Origin: an uncultured Spirochaetota bacterium
Lineage (GTDB): Bacteria > Spirochaetota > Spirochaetia > SZUA-6 > Fen-1364
Direction of reading: 5' to 3'
Length of the DNA stretch: 64,000 nucleotides
Assembly: GCA_963745235.1 (NCBI GenBank)
Contig: CAVUXE010000052.1
Span: 1 to 64,000 of the forward strand
The notes under the pieces are model-generated. The model worked only from the letters and a program-made list of their open reading frames with translations. It did not search any database and was not told where the DNA came from. Below, piece by piece: positions 9,729-20,448 of the stretch (position 1 is its first letter; each line of letters starts with the position of its first letter). Made by a program: the position numbers and the translations under genes.

Positions 9729-10661
9729 TCGCCGGGTCCCCTCGTGTGAATGCGGTCAAGCGTCTTCACCAGGCGCGCTATTGTCGCGTTCACCGGGGTG
9801 GGAACGCCGAGGGCCGCCGCTTCCTTCACAATGGCGCCATTCATGAAATCGATTTCCGATTCCCGTTTCCTGTCGAAGTCCTGGAGCATGGAGGAACGGT
9901 TTGCTCCGGTCTTTCCGGCCACCTCATAGACCGTGGCCAGGGGGTCCGCGTACGTGAATGCCACCCCGCGCGCCCGAGCAACGGCAACCGCCTCCTGCAC
10001 GAGGTCCGCCATGACGGCCTTCGTTTCCTCATGCCGCAGGAGCTCCCCGTTGGTCCGTCCAATGAGCGCCGTGAGGGCGTTGATGCCGACGTTGATCACG
10101 AGCTTGCTCCACACGAGGCCGGCGACATCCTCCTCTACGTGCGTCTCGAACCCCGCCTCGGTGAGGGCATCCGCCAGGGCGGAAAGCCTGCGGTTCTCCC
10201 CGTTTGCCATGCTGATATGGGTCGGGCCTTTGCCCGCGTGGCGTATCCGGCCGGGTCCCAGGAATGTGGCGCCCTGTGACGTGACCCCCGCGGCGGTGCG
10301 ATCAGCGCCGAAATGCCTGCGAATGATTGCCTCGTTCCCCAGCCCATTCTGCAGCGTGAGCACGATGGTCTGCGGACCGGCAAGATCTTTGAACCGGATT
10401 GCGGCCTCCTCTGTCGCCGTGGACTTGACGAAAACGACAAAGACATCCGATCCCGCCACTGACTGCGGCTCCGCGCTTGCATCCGGGATGCGCGGTGACT
10501 GAGCTCCCCGTTGCGGCATCCTCGATGACAAGGCCATCACGCAAGACTTTCTCAACGTGCTCACGGTAGACGTCGAACAGAACGACGTCGTGACCGGCAA
10601 GGGAGAGCCTGCCTCCGTACAGCGAGCCCATGGCTCCAGACCCGATAATCGAGATTCTCAT
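9725..10661 (-). CDS. panE: 2-dehydropantoate 2-reductase; frameshift near 10490
   Basis: IIGSGAMGSLYG, VFVKS, LTLQNGLGN, WSKLVINVGINALTA, NRSSMLQD, EIDFMNG. Confidence 0.92.
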
Positions 10662-10735
10662 CGGGGAAAGATTAGTGTTTGGCGGAGGGATGGTCCAGAG
10701 CCGGGGCGGCCTTCATAGGCAGCGCGGCTCGACGC

Positions 10736-11662
10736 TCAGTCCTCCAGCGGCATTTCGATGTGCTGGAGGTCCCGGGTGAGGAAGGAGGCGGGAAAGATCT
10801 CGCGCGCTTCCTGCAGCAGCTTCTTCAGCTCCCGTTCGGAATAGCGAGGGCTGTAGTGAATCAAGCCCATCTCCTTGACGCCGGCCTCGCGGGCTATGCG
10901 CGCCGCCTGCGCCGCAGTGAGATGCTTCTTCTCCGCCGCCGTCTCCGCCAGCTCGTCGGCAAACATGCCCTCACAGATGAGTAGGTCCGCCCCGCTCACA
11001 AACCCGGCCAGTCCGGAAGCGGCAATCGTATCTGTGACAAAGCAGAACTTGCGGCCCTTCCTCTCCTGTCCCATGACCTGGGCGGGGGTCACCATCGTTC
11101 CGTCCGGCAACCCGATAGTCTCACCGCCCTGGAGGCGTGACCAGAGCGGACCGCGCGGGACCCCCAGGGCCAGTGCCTTGTCCGGAAAAAAGATGCCGGG
11201 GCGCTTCTTCTCCTCGATGCAGTATCCCAGGCACTGCTTGGTGTGCTGCAAGGGGAACGAGCGGATGCCGTATTCCTCCGCGTCGAAGACATTGCACTTC
11301 CCCTCGATCTCCTTCACCACGATCTCGTAATTGATGTACATGTCGAGGGTGCGCCGCATGGCCTCCACGAACTCGCGTATCTTCGGGGGGCCGTAAATGT
11401 ACAGGGGCTCATCCCTGTCGACCTGGGATGAAAGCATGAGGATCCCCGGGAGCCCCGTCACGTGATCCGCGTGCGTGTGAGATATGAATATCGAGGTGAT
11501 CTTCTTCCAGCGCAGGTTCAGCCTGCGCAGTCCTATCTGCGTGCCTTCCCCGCAGTCAAAAAGAAAAAGCTCGCCCTCCCTCCGCACAAGGACCGACGTC
11601 AGTCCCCTGCCGGGGAGGGGCATCATCCCGCCCGTTCCGAGAACGAATACTTCGAGATTCAT
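10736..11662 (-). CDS. rnz: Ribonuclease Z
   Basis: LGTGGMMP, FDCGEGTQ, HTHADH, GVPRGP exosite, HLT, HYSPRY. Confidence 0.95.
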   Translation of the reverse strand: MNLEVFVLGTGGMMPLPGRGLTSVLVRREGELFLFDCGEGTQIGLRRLNLRWKKITSIFISHTHADHVTGLPGILMLSSQVDRDEPLYIYGPPKIREFVEAMRRTLDMYINYEIVVKEIEGKCNVFDAEEYGIRSFPLQHTKQCLGYCIEEKKRPGIFFPDKALALGVPRGPLWSRLQGGETIGLPDGTMVTPAQVMGQERKGRKFCFVTDTIAASGLAGFVSGADLLICEGMFADELAETAAEKKHLTAAQAARIAREAGVKEMGLIHYSPRYSERELKKLLQEAREIFPASFLTRDLQHIEMPLED

Positions 11663-11671
11663 GATGCGCCT

Positions 11672-14636
11672 TTATTCCGGAAGATCTATCGACCTGTCGC
11701 CAAGCTCAGGGATGGCGACTTTTGCCTCGCTCAGGGATGCGCGGTTTGCAATCACCGACGTGAAGCCCTTGTCGAACTCCCTCGCAAGCCCCCGTGCGGC
11801 TTCCACCACCTCCGCCCTGTGCGTGGCAATGAGCCGGGCGCGGCGCTCCTGACGCATCCTGTCGGTCACCCCGTGCAGCCTTCGCTGCAGGCTGACGAAG
11901 CCCTTCTCTCCGGCGTCCAGGGGCCTGTCTTCCCGGCCAACGGTCCCGATCACCGCCTTTTCCACTTCGTCCTCGTTCAGCGCCGCGCTGGAAAGGTAGG
12001 CGAGCCCCTCCCGGAACTTCGAGAGGGTGCTGACGATATGCGGGTCTCTGTAGGAGCCGAAGAGAAAGAGGCCCTCCATGTTGCGCGGGAAGGAGAACGC
12101 GCCATACGCGCCTCCTTCCATGCGCACCTTCTCCCAGAGGAAGCCCGTAGAGAGCAGATGCCCCAGGACGGCGGCGGGTCCGTTGTCCGGGTGCTCGTAG
12201 CGGAAGCCCGGTATTGCGCGGGCGACGTATCCGACGGATGCGCTGGAAAGGAGAGATTCAGCCCGCGGGAGGCCGTTTCCCCCCGCCACGGATGCACCCG
12301 TTTCTGACGCGGCGCTTGAACCGCGGGGGAGGACCTGCGAGATGACATGCACCGCCTGGGCTGCTTCGGCGAAAGTCTCCCGGACCGCCGTGGCGTTGGC
12401 GAGCATATTCACTTGCGTAAGGAGCTCCTTCCTGATGGATTCGAGATTCTCTGCGATCCAGGGAAGGCGCCCATCCAGGTCCCTGGTGAGCCCTTCGAGA
12501 AAGAGCAGCTGGGTGATGCCCTTCCATTCCTCCTCCCGGGCAACGGATGGCGACAGCATGCTTGCCGCGCGCAGCATTGCGAACTGGTGGCCCCCCGGAA
12601 CGAGCGAAGCCCTCATGCCGTTGCGCAGCTCCAGCACGAGGTCGCGCAGGCGGGGCAGATCCCGGAAATCCGCCTCGGAGAGCAGGGACGCGATGAGCGC
12701 AGACGCCTCCGCAAGGTTCTTCCGCAGGCAGCGCGTTCGAAAAAACGCGTGCTGCCCGAAGGACTGCGGCTTGCCCACGATCCCGCCAGCATCCAGGGAA
12801 GCGGAGAACCCTCCCGTCAGGCGGAAAAGGTCAAGCGCCACCTTGTCGTAGCTTCTGCCCGGCAGCCCGCATCCGCAAACCGCTTTGCCGAAAAGGGGAA
12901 GGAGAAGCGTTCTCTCCCCGATGACGCCCTCCGTTCGAAATACGAGATCTATATACACCACTTCGTTTGTGAAGATGTCATGCAGTGACAGGGGGATGCC
13001 GGAGGCGGTGGCCGTCTCCTCCGCCGGGATGACCTCGATTTCCCGAGGCAGATCCCCGCGTTTCAGGGAGGGCAGAAGCGCAAGGGCCTCGGGAGAGTCC
13101 GGCGTCATCTGGTAAGTTCGAAAATCCTTTGCGTCCGCCAGGAGGCGCGCCCGTTGATCCGGAGTCAGCCGCCGCACGGCATCTGCCACCAGGGCCTTCT
13201 CCGAGGCCGTCTCCTGCTGCTCCTGGTCCTTGTCGGGCCGCACAACGAGTGTCACGCGGTGGGGATTGGACACGAGCCCCGTCTGGATGATGTCCTGCAG
13301 CAGGCGCGGGTCCCGGGACATTCGGGACTTCATCCCCTCAAACGCCGAATCGAACTCCAGCGAGGCCAGAGGGTCGATGCCATGCACCCACCCCCGCAAC
13401 GCTCTTCCCATGAGACGAAGCGCGTAAGGAGAGCCGTTTCCACGGATCTCCCGATGACGGAACTCAACCCTGTTCATCATCGACTCAACGAGCTGGCGCT
13501 CCAGCCCGCGCGAGGCAAGCGTCCCCAGCGTCTCGAAAACCAGGGCGCTCACCTGTTCCGCCCGGTCCGGCTCCGTGCCCCGCAACCCAGCTGCAAAGAC
13601 GAGCTCCTTGAGGTCCGTTTCCAGCCCGCTGACCGGGGAAAGGTCCTGGCCGAGCCCCGAGTCTACAAGGGCCTTCCGCAGGGGGGAACCTGCGCTGCCA
13701 ATCAGGACCTCGGAAAGGATTTCGTGCGCCAGGATGGTCTGGGGATCGGAGCCGCCGGGAAGGAGCCAGCTCAGCGTCACGCTGGAGCGCCCTGAAAGCG
13801 GTGTGTCAGGCTTGACCGGGAACGTTTTCTCCAGCCTCCGAGGCTCCTTCCAGCGGGGCTGAAGCTGTATCGACGACTCGATGGTCTGCGCGGTGAATCC
13901 CGACAGGAACCTGTCGTGAAGGACACGCAGGGTCTCCTCCGCGGGGATGTTGCCGTAGAGAAAAATGCGGCAGTTGGAAGGATGGTAATACCGCGCGTGG
14001 AAGCTGCGCGCCTGCTCCAGGGTCAGGGACGGCAGGAACCGGGGGTCACCGCCGGAGTCGAACCGGTAAGGGGTGTCCGGGAACAAGGACCGAAATGCCC
14101 ATTCCCCGACAATCGATTCGGGGCTCGAATACGCCCCTTTCATCTCGTTGTAGACGATTCCCGCGTAACGAAGCTCATCCTCCCTGCCGTTCACCGGCTC
14201 CAGCCGCCAACCCTCCTGCATGAAGGTTTCCTTGCGCAGGAGGGGATGGAATACCGCGTCACCGTAGACCTCCAGGAGGTTGAAGAAGTCCGTCCGGTTG
14301 CAGCTGGCCGCCGGGTACACGGTACGGTCGGGATAGGTCAAGGCGTTGAGGAACGTATGCATGCTCCCCTTCATGAGCGCGGAGAAGGGCTCTTTCAGGG
14401 GAAAGCGGCGTGAGCCGCTCAGCACGGAATGCTCGGTGATATGGGAGACGCCCGTGTCATCCTGGGGCGGAGTTGCAAAGCAGAATGCGAACAGGTTCTC
14501 CGTTGTCGGCGGCGGTGATATGCAGGACCTCGCAGCCCGTGGCCGCGTGCCGCACGTGCAGCGCGCTGGAGCGGTACTCGGGGAGATCCCGGCGTGCCAG
14601 CACCTGGAAGGCGCCGATCGAAGCGGGGGTAGTCAT
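11672..14636 (-). CDS. M16C insulinase-family (presequence protease-like) metallopeptidase; frameshift near 14500
   Basis: Upstream frame gives MTTPASIG...; TGVSHITEHSVL (HXXEH), FLNALTYPDRT, YNEMKG, VRMEGGAYG, SYRDP. Confidence 0.9.
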
Positions 14637-14699
14637 GGTTGTACCAATATACGAACCGGCCAGCGCCGTGTCTATTCTTCCTCGTGCTATACTCGCGCC

Positions 14700-15688
14700 G
14701 TGACGGATGCCGGCCTGAGGGGACGCCTGGAGAGCCACGCCCGCTTCGCGAGCGAGATACGGGGATATTTCACCGCACGCGGCTACGTGGAGGTCGAAAC
14801 GCCCACGCTGTCGCCTTTCCTCATCCCGGAACCCGCCATCGAGGTGTTCCAGACCGAGTACCTCGGGCCGGGCGGGCACCCGCGCGACCTCTGGCTCATC
14901 CCTTCCCCCGAGCTGTGGATGAAGCGCCTCCTGGGACGCGGGAGCGGCAACATCTTCCAGATCAGCCGCAGCTTCAGGAATGGAGACGTCGGAAGCCCCC
15001 TTCACAATCCGGAGTTCCGTCTCCTGGAATGGTACACCGTGGGGAGCGGCTACGTCGAATCAATCGACGTGCTGGAAGGCCTGTTCTCACACCTCCTGTC
15101 GTCAGGGTGGGAAAAGCGCCACCCGGCAGCTCTCCCCGCCCTTTCACCGCTTGACCATGAATGAGGCGTTCCAGCGTTACGCCGGCATCGACCTCGCAGG
15201 CTGCCAGGACGTGGAAGACCTGGTGAGAGCGGCCCGGCGCCGCGGCGTTCGCATGCCGGAGGAGAGCACCTGGGAGGAGGCCTTTCACATCGCTTTTCTC
15301 ACATCCGTGGAGCCCGCGCTGCCGCGGGATGCTCCGCTCGTGCTCCTCGATTACCCTTCCCTCGTGCCGACAACGGCGCGGCGCGCGGCGGCGGGTCCGT
15401 GGGCGGAGCGGTGGGAGCTGTTCGTGGACGGGGTGGAGATCGCCAACTGCTATACGGAGGAAACCGACACGGAGGCCCTGACCGCGCTGCTTCGCGAGGA
15501 AGGAGAAAGGAAAAAGGCTTCCCGCGTCCAGCACGCAGTTGACGACGGCCTGGCCGCCGCGTTTCCGCGGGGCTTCCCGACGGTGAGCGGGAGCGGCACT
15601 CGGTGTTGATCGACTGGAGATGGTATTCTCCGGAGAAAAATCCCTCGAGGGGGTGATTTTATTTCCGTTTTCGGATATAGTGCCTTGA
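14700..15688 (+). CDS. epmA: EF-P beta-lysyl ligase EpmA/GenX; two frameshifts (~15130, ~15590)
   Basis: EVETPTL, SPELWMKRLL, FRNGD..HNPEFRLLEWY, ERWELF..G.EIANCY.E, ALGVDRL; no anticodon-binding domain; adjacent to efp. Confidence 0.85.
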
Positions 15689-15716
15689 CAATCCAGGACA
15701 TCCTGAAAGGAAGCAC

Positions 15717-16280
15717 ATGATCAAGGCGAGTGATGTTGCGAAAGGAACGTTCATCCTCATCAACAACCAGCCCCACGTCTGCGTCGAGCGGGAGTATGTG
15801 AACCCGGGAAAAGGCTCCGCATTCGTCCGCCTGAAGCTGAAGAACATCAAGACCGGCAGCGTCCTTCGCCAGACGAACAAGGTCCAGGACAACCTGGAAG
15901 ATGTTTCCGTGGAGTACAAGGAAGTGCAGTTCCTCTACGCGGACGCGGAGAACTACGCGTTCATGGATACAAAGACCTACGAGCAGTTCACCATCCCCAT
16001 CGAGGGTGAGGAGGAGAAACGCGACTTCCTCAAGGATGGGGAGAACTACCAGGTGGTCTTCTGGGAACAGACTCCCATCGACATCAAGCTGCCCACCAAG
16101 ATGGTGTTCACCGTGTCCGAGGCGGAGAAGGCGGAGCGCGGGGACACGGTGAGCGGCGCGACGAAAGTCATCACCTGTGAGACCGGGTTGAAAGTGAAAG
16201 TGCCCCTGTTCATCAAGCAGGGAGACAGGATCCTCGTGAACACCGAGACGAGGGAATACCAGGAGCGGGTCAACAACTAG
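15717..16280 (+). CDS. efp: Elongation factor P
   Basis: PGKGSAFVR, QFLY, RGDT, ETG..VKVPLFI..GD.I.VNT. Confidence 0.97.
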   Translation: MIKASDVAKGTFILINNQPHVCVEREYVNPGKGSAFVRLKLKNIKTGSVLRQTNKVQDNLEDVSVEYKEVQFLYADAENYAFMDTKTYEQFTIPIEGEEEKRDFLKDGENYQVVFWEQTPIDIKLPTKMVFTVSEAEKAERGDTVSGATKVITCETGLKVKVPLFIKQGDRILVNTETREYQERVNN

Positions 16281-16316
16281 ACCCTTCGGCCCCCGGGCGC
16301 CCCCGCAGCCAGACAC

Positions 16317-17464
16317 ATGTCGATCTCTCCCATCCTCTACCTCGTTTCCGCGGCCCACTTCTTCAACGACATCTACATGGGCTTCCTGACGCCGCTGTTC
16401 CCCATTGCGATGCAGAAGTTCGGCCTCAGCCTCTCCATGGTCGGAACCATTTCCATGGTCGCCGCCCTGGCGTCCGCGCTTTCCCAGCCTTTCTTCGGTA
16501 CGCTGTTCGACCGGTTCGGCGTCACTTCATCTGTCTACCTCGCGCCGCTGCTCACGGGTCTTCTCGTCAGCTGCCTGGGAATCACGACCAACTATCCCCT
16601 GTTTCTTGCGCTTCTCTTTCTTGGATGCCTGGGATCCGCCGCGTTTCACCCCAAGGGCGCTTCCGTGACTCCCGCCCTGAGCGGCCGACACCCGGAAATC
16701 GGCATGGCCGTGTTCAGCGCGGGCGGCAACCTCGGTTTTGCCGCGGGCCGGCGGTGATGGCGCTTTTCATTTCCGCGTGGGGATTCCATGCCACTCCCGT
16801 CCTTGCCGCGCCCGCGGCAGTCGTGGCCCTGGTCCTGTTCCTGCTCCTGCCGACGCGCGAAATCGAAAAAAGAACCCGCGGGGAGACACGCATTACGTGG
16901 AGGAGCCTGCTCTCCGACCGCAGGGAGCTGGCCACCCTCATCCGCCTGGTGTTCATCAATTTCTCCCTGCAGGTGGCCCTGCGGGGCCTGCAGACCTACC
17001 TGCCCGTCTACATGGCCGGGCTTTCGGTCCCCCTGCCCAGAATCGGCATCACGTTCACGGTCATGCTCGCTCTGGGGGCCATCATTTCCGTCTTCGTGAG
17101 CTCGTTCTCCCGGCGAACCGGCAAGAAAGCGCTCATCCTTGTTTCCATCACGGCGAGCGTCCCGCTGTGCCTGGCCGGGTTCCTCCTCCTGCCTTCGGGC
17201 TGGGGCTACGCCCTTGCTGTCCTGGGCGGGATCTCGCTCTCCTTTTCCAACCCGCTTCTCATCCTGTTTGCCCAGAAGCACTCCAGCGGGTCGCCCGCGA
17301 TGGCTTCCTCCCTCATCATGGGAATCTCGTGGGGTCTGGCTGGGCTTCTCATGGTGCCTTTGGGCGCGCTTGGCGAGCTCGTCGGGCTCAAAGGAACGCT
17401 TGCGGTCGTCTGCGTTTTTCCGCTTGTCTCGGCAGTGTCCTGCCTTCGCGTCCCCCGCGAGTAG
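16317..17464 (+). CDS. MFS transporter (Fsr-like); frameshift near 16748
   Basis: HFFND, QPFFGTLFDRFG, AAFHP, GGNLGFA; about 12 TM over two frames. Confidence 0.85.
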
Positions 17465-17485
17465 GCAGCGCCGGGCAGCGAGCAT

Positions 17486-18889
17486 CTATTCCCAGAGGTA
17501 TTCGCCCGCGACGTGGAAATCCGTCGGCCCCTCCAGTATCCCCGAGTCTCCAATGGCGTTGCACGCGCTCATGTAGGCCCGCAGGCTGGCCTCGATGACG
17601 TCCGTGCTGCGGTAGCGGCCGTGGAAGCGCCTCCCTCGAAGCTCAGCGGTTACGATCACTTCGGCCAGCGCATCCGTGCCCGTTCCGATGGTGGAGACGG
17701 AGTACTGCACCATGCGCGTCGCGAACCCCAGCGCCTTGTCGACGGCCCTGAACAGCGCATCGATGGGGCCGTTGCCGTGGGACGTCTGCGTCAGCGTCTT
17801 CCCGTCCCGCCGGATGACGACGACGCCGACCGGAGGGGAATGGGACGCCGTCATCACGTTGAAAGACTCAAGCGTATATGGGCCTTTGCGCTCCGGGATG
17901 GGCGGAAGGACGGAGCTGTGCTCAGGGAGCCTGCCGATGGTGGTCTCTCGCATGAGCTTGCGCATGTCCGCGGAGAGCGACCTGCCGGAAAAGCCGCCGG
18001 GGGCGGGCATGAATGCGCACTGGCCGATGATGGGCTTGTTCGGATGGGTGCGCACCCCGGTGAGGCTGTCGAACAGGCGCGCTGTTCGGGAGATCTCTTC
18101 CAGGCGGATGCCATGCGTGACTCCGTATCGTTCTGCAAAGGCGGTCATGAGGAAAACCACCTCTTCCAGGGCCGCGTTGCCCGCCCTCTCGCCGAATCCG
18201 CCGATGGTCACCTCCACGTGCGATGCCCCCGCCTCCACCGCTGCCATGGTGTTTGCCGTGGCCAGGCCGAGGTCGTTGTGGCAGTGCATTCCGATCACGG
18301 TTTTCGAGCCGGACCCGAGCAGGGTTGACAGCTCCTGCACCATTGCCGAAGTGTCCCGCGGCGTGAGGATGCCGTTGGTATCCGCAAGGTTTATCACGTC
18401 AGCGCCTGCATCCCGGGCGGATTCGAACACGCTGAGAAGAAACTCGTGCGGCGCGTGGGGGGCCTCGCTGAGGGAAAACTGAACCCTCACCCCGGCGGAT
18501 TTGGCGGTGCGCACGCAGTCTGCAACGGCAGCCAGCGCCTCCCCCTCGTGGATCTTCAGCACGTGGCGGAGGAACTCCGGGGAGACGCCCATGAAGATGT
18601 GAAGGTAAGGACGTCGCGCCCGGGCAAGCACCGTGAGCGCTTTCTCCACATCGGCCGGCAGCGCCCGGGCAAGAGCGGCGACGTAGGGTCCTTCGACTTC
18701 ATCGCACACGCGTGCCACGCAATCCGCCTCTTCCTGGGACGCGGACGGAAAACCCGCCTCAATGACGTCAACGCCCAGCTTCGCAAGCTGCCGGGCCAGG
18801 ACAACGCGGTCATCCGGTGAGAGCACGACAAAGGGAAGCTTGTTCCCATCACGAAGCGTCGTATCGAAGACTTCGATGTGTCGGGCCAT
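17486..18889 (-). CDS. 2-isopropylmalate synthase-like DRE-TIM protein with C-terminal LeuA regulatory domain (divergent)
   Basis: DTTLRDG, IEAGF, HCHNDLG, GERAGN, GNGPIDA, TDVIEAS..AY. Confidence 0.8.
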   Translation of the reverse strand: MARHIEVFDTTLRDGNKLPFVVLSPDDRVVLARQLAKLGVDVIEAGFPSASQEEADCVARVCDEVEGPYVAALARALPADVEKALTVLARARRPYLHIFMGVSPEFLRHVLKIHEGEALAAVADCVRTAKSAGVRVQFSLSEAPHAPHEFLLSVFESARDAGADVINLADTNGILTPRDTSAMVQELSTLLGSGSKTVIGMHCHNDLGLATANTMAAVEAGASHVEVTIGGFGERAGNAALEEVVFLMTAFAERYGVTHGIRLEEISRTARLFDSLTGVRTHPNKPIIGQCAFMPAPGGFSGRSLSADMRKLMRETTIGRLPEHSSVLPPIPERKGPYTLESFNVMTASHSPPVGVVVIRRDGKTLTQTSHGNGPIDALFRAVDKALGFATRMVQYSVSTIGTGTDALAEVIVTAELRGRRFHGRYRSTDVIEASLRAYMSACNAIGDSGILEGPTDFHVAGEYLWE

Positions 18890-18958
18890 GGGCCATGATA
18901 CCCCGGCGCAGACGCCTTGTCACCGGGCTGCCCTCAGTCTATGCTCCCCCCGCCTGTC

Positions 18959-20428
18959 ATGCGGCGCATCGTGATCATCATGCTGGCGCTGGCCGCCAAC
19001 GCGCTCCGCGTCCCGTGCATTCCCCTGGCCGTCCAGTCATCGGACGACCTGTGGCCGGAATGGCAGCGGCTCGTTTCCGTGTCACCATTGCCTGCCGGGA
19101 CTGACGTGATTCGTCTTCCCGCGGGCTCTCAGCCCTTTGAAGACAGTGCGGTTCTCAGCATGGGAGGAGGCGGGAAGATCGTGGCTCACATGCCGCTCGT
19201 CCCCGTGGTCAGGCTCGGAGATGAACGTGCGTCGGTGACCCGCGCAGATGTCGAGCGCGGAACGGTTGCCATCCAGCCGTTGTGCTCCGTTTCACTCCCC
19301 CATACCGCCCTGCCGCTCGATGACCTGCTCCCTGACCAGCCGGGGTACGCTGTGTTCCAGGACGTGACTCTTCAGCTGGACAGCTCAGATGCCCGGCTGC
19401 GCGCCTGGTTTTCGAGGCTCCCGCCGGCGCCCCTCCGGCCGGCGATCGCCTGGATCGAAGCGGTCGGGGACGTGATGCCGGCCAGGGGGGTGGACGATGC
19501 GTTGCTGCAGGAAGGCGGGCTGGAACGCGTCTTCGGAGATGCCCTCGGGATCCTTCGGGGAAGCAACCTCCTCATCGGGAACCTGGAGTCTTCAACCTCC
19601 CTCGGGGACGCTCCGCAGCGGAAGAGCTATACATTCCGATTTCGTTCAGCGGCAGTCGGCAAGCTGAAAGAAGCGGGGTTTTCCTATCTTTCCCTGGCCA
19701 ATAATCATACCTTCGACTTCGGCGCGGAAGGCTTTCTCCAGACCCTTGCGGCGCTCTCACGATGGGGGGTAAGCACCTCGGGGGCAGGCGCGAACCTTCA
19801 GGACGCCGGACGTCCGGCAGTCATGACGGCGGGCCCGCTGGAGGTCCGCATCCTTTCTTTGGGCGCCTTTCCCGTGGAAAGGACCGGTTTCGATGGGCAG
19901 GCGGAAGAGCGCGCGCGGGATTCGCGGCCGGGCATCCTGTGGCTCGACGAGCAGGGCCTTCGGATATCGGCGCGTGCATTTGCCGCCGGTATCCCCGGCG
20001 GAGCCGCGAGCTTCAACATCGCCTTTGTCCACGGCGGGGAGGAATGGAGCGCAACTCCCACAGCGGAGCAAAAGCGACTCTACCGGGAGCTCGTGCGCCA
20101 CGGCGCTGACGTGGTGATAGGCGCGCACCCGCATGTTCTGGAGGGAATGGAAGCGCTGGATGGACGCCTGATAGCGTATTCTCTGGGTAACTTCCTGTTC
20201 CCCGGAATGGAGGGGACCCCCGGCGGTGAAGACTCCGTCATCCTGAGGCTCGGGGTTTATGATGGGAAGGTGCGCTACGTGCAGGCCTTCCCCGTCCGTC
20301 TCCGCGGCGGGACGGTCAGCCTGGCGGACAACCGAGAGGCGTGGCAGGAGCTCATGTCTCGCACCCGGGCGCTGAAAAGCGCTCAACCCGCTGAGGGGTG
20401 GCAGAAAACGGCCCGTGAGTTGTTCTAG
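18959..20428 (+). CDS. CapA/PgsA-family metallophosphatase-fold protein, exported
   Basis: Signal peptide; VGDVM, GNLES, LANNH.FD.G, VHGGEE, VIGAHPHV, AYSLGNF. Confidence 0.85.
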   Translation: MRRIVIIMLALAANALRVPCIPLAVQSSDDLWPEWQRLVSVSPLPAGTDVIRLPAGSQPFEDSAVLSMGGGGKIVAHMPLVPVVRLGDERASVTRADVERGTVAIQPLCSVSLPHTALPLDDLLPDQPGYAVFQDVTLQLDSSDARLRAWFSRLPPAPLRPAIAWIEAVGDVMPARGVDDALLQEGGLERVFGDALGILRGSNLLIGNLESSTSLGDAPQRKSYTFRFRSAAVGKLKEAGFSYLSLANNHTFDFGAEGFLQTLAALSRWGVSTSGAGANLQDAGRPAVMTAGPLEVRILSLGAFPVERTGFDGQAEERARDSRPGILWLDEQGLRISARAFAAGIPGGAASFNIAFVHGGEEWSATPTAEQKRLYRELVRHGADVVIGAHPHVLEGMEALDGRLIAYSLGNFLFPGMEGTPGGEDSVILRLGVYDGKVRYVQAFPVRLRGGTVSLADNREAWQELMSRTRALKSAQPAEGWQKTARELF

Positions 20429-20448
20429 AGGAAAGGTCGCGAAAAGGA

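Noticed and set aside
18959-20428. Poly-gamma-glutamate capsule locus
   Set aside because: Only a lone CapA-family gene is present, with no capB/capC; such genes are widespread
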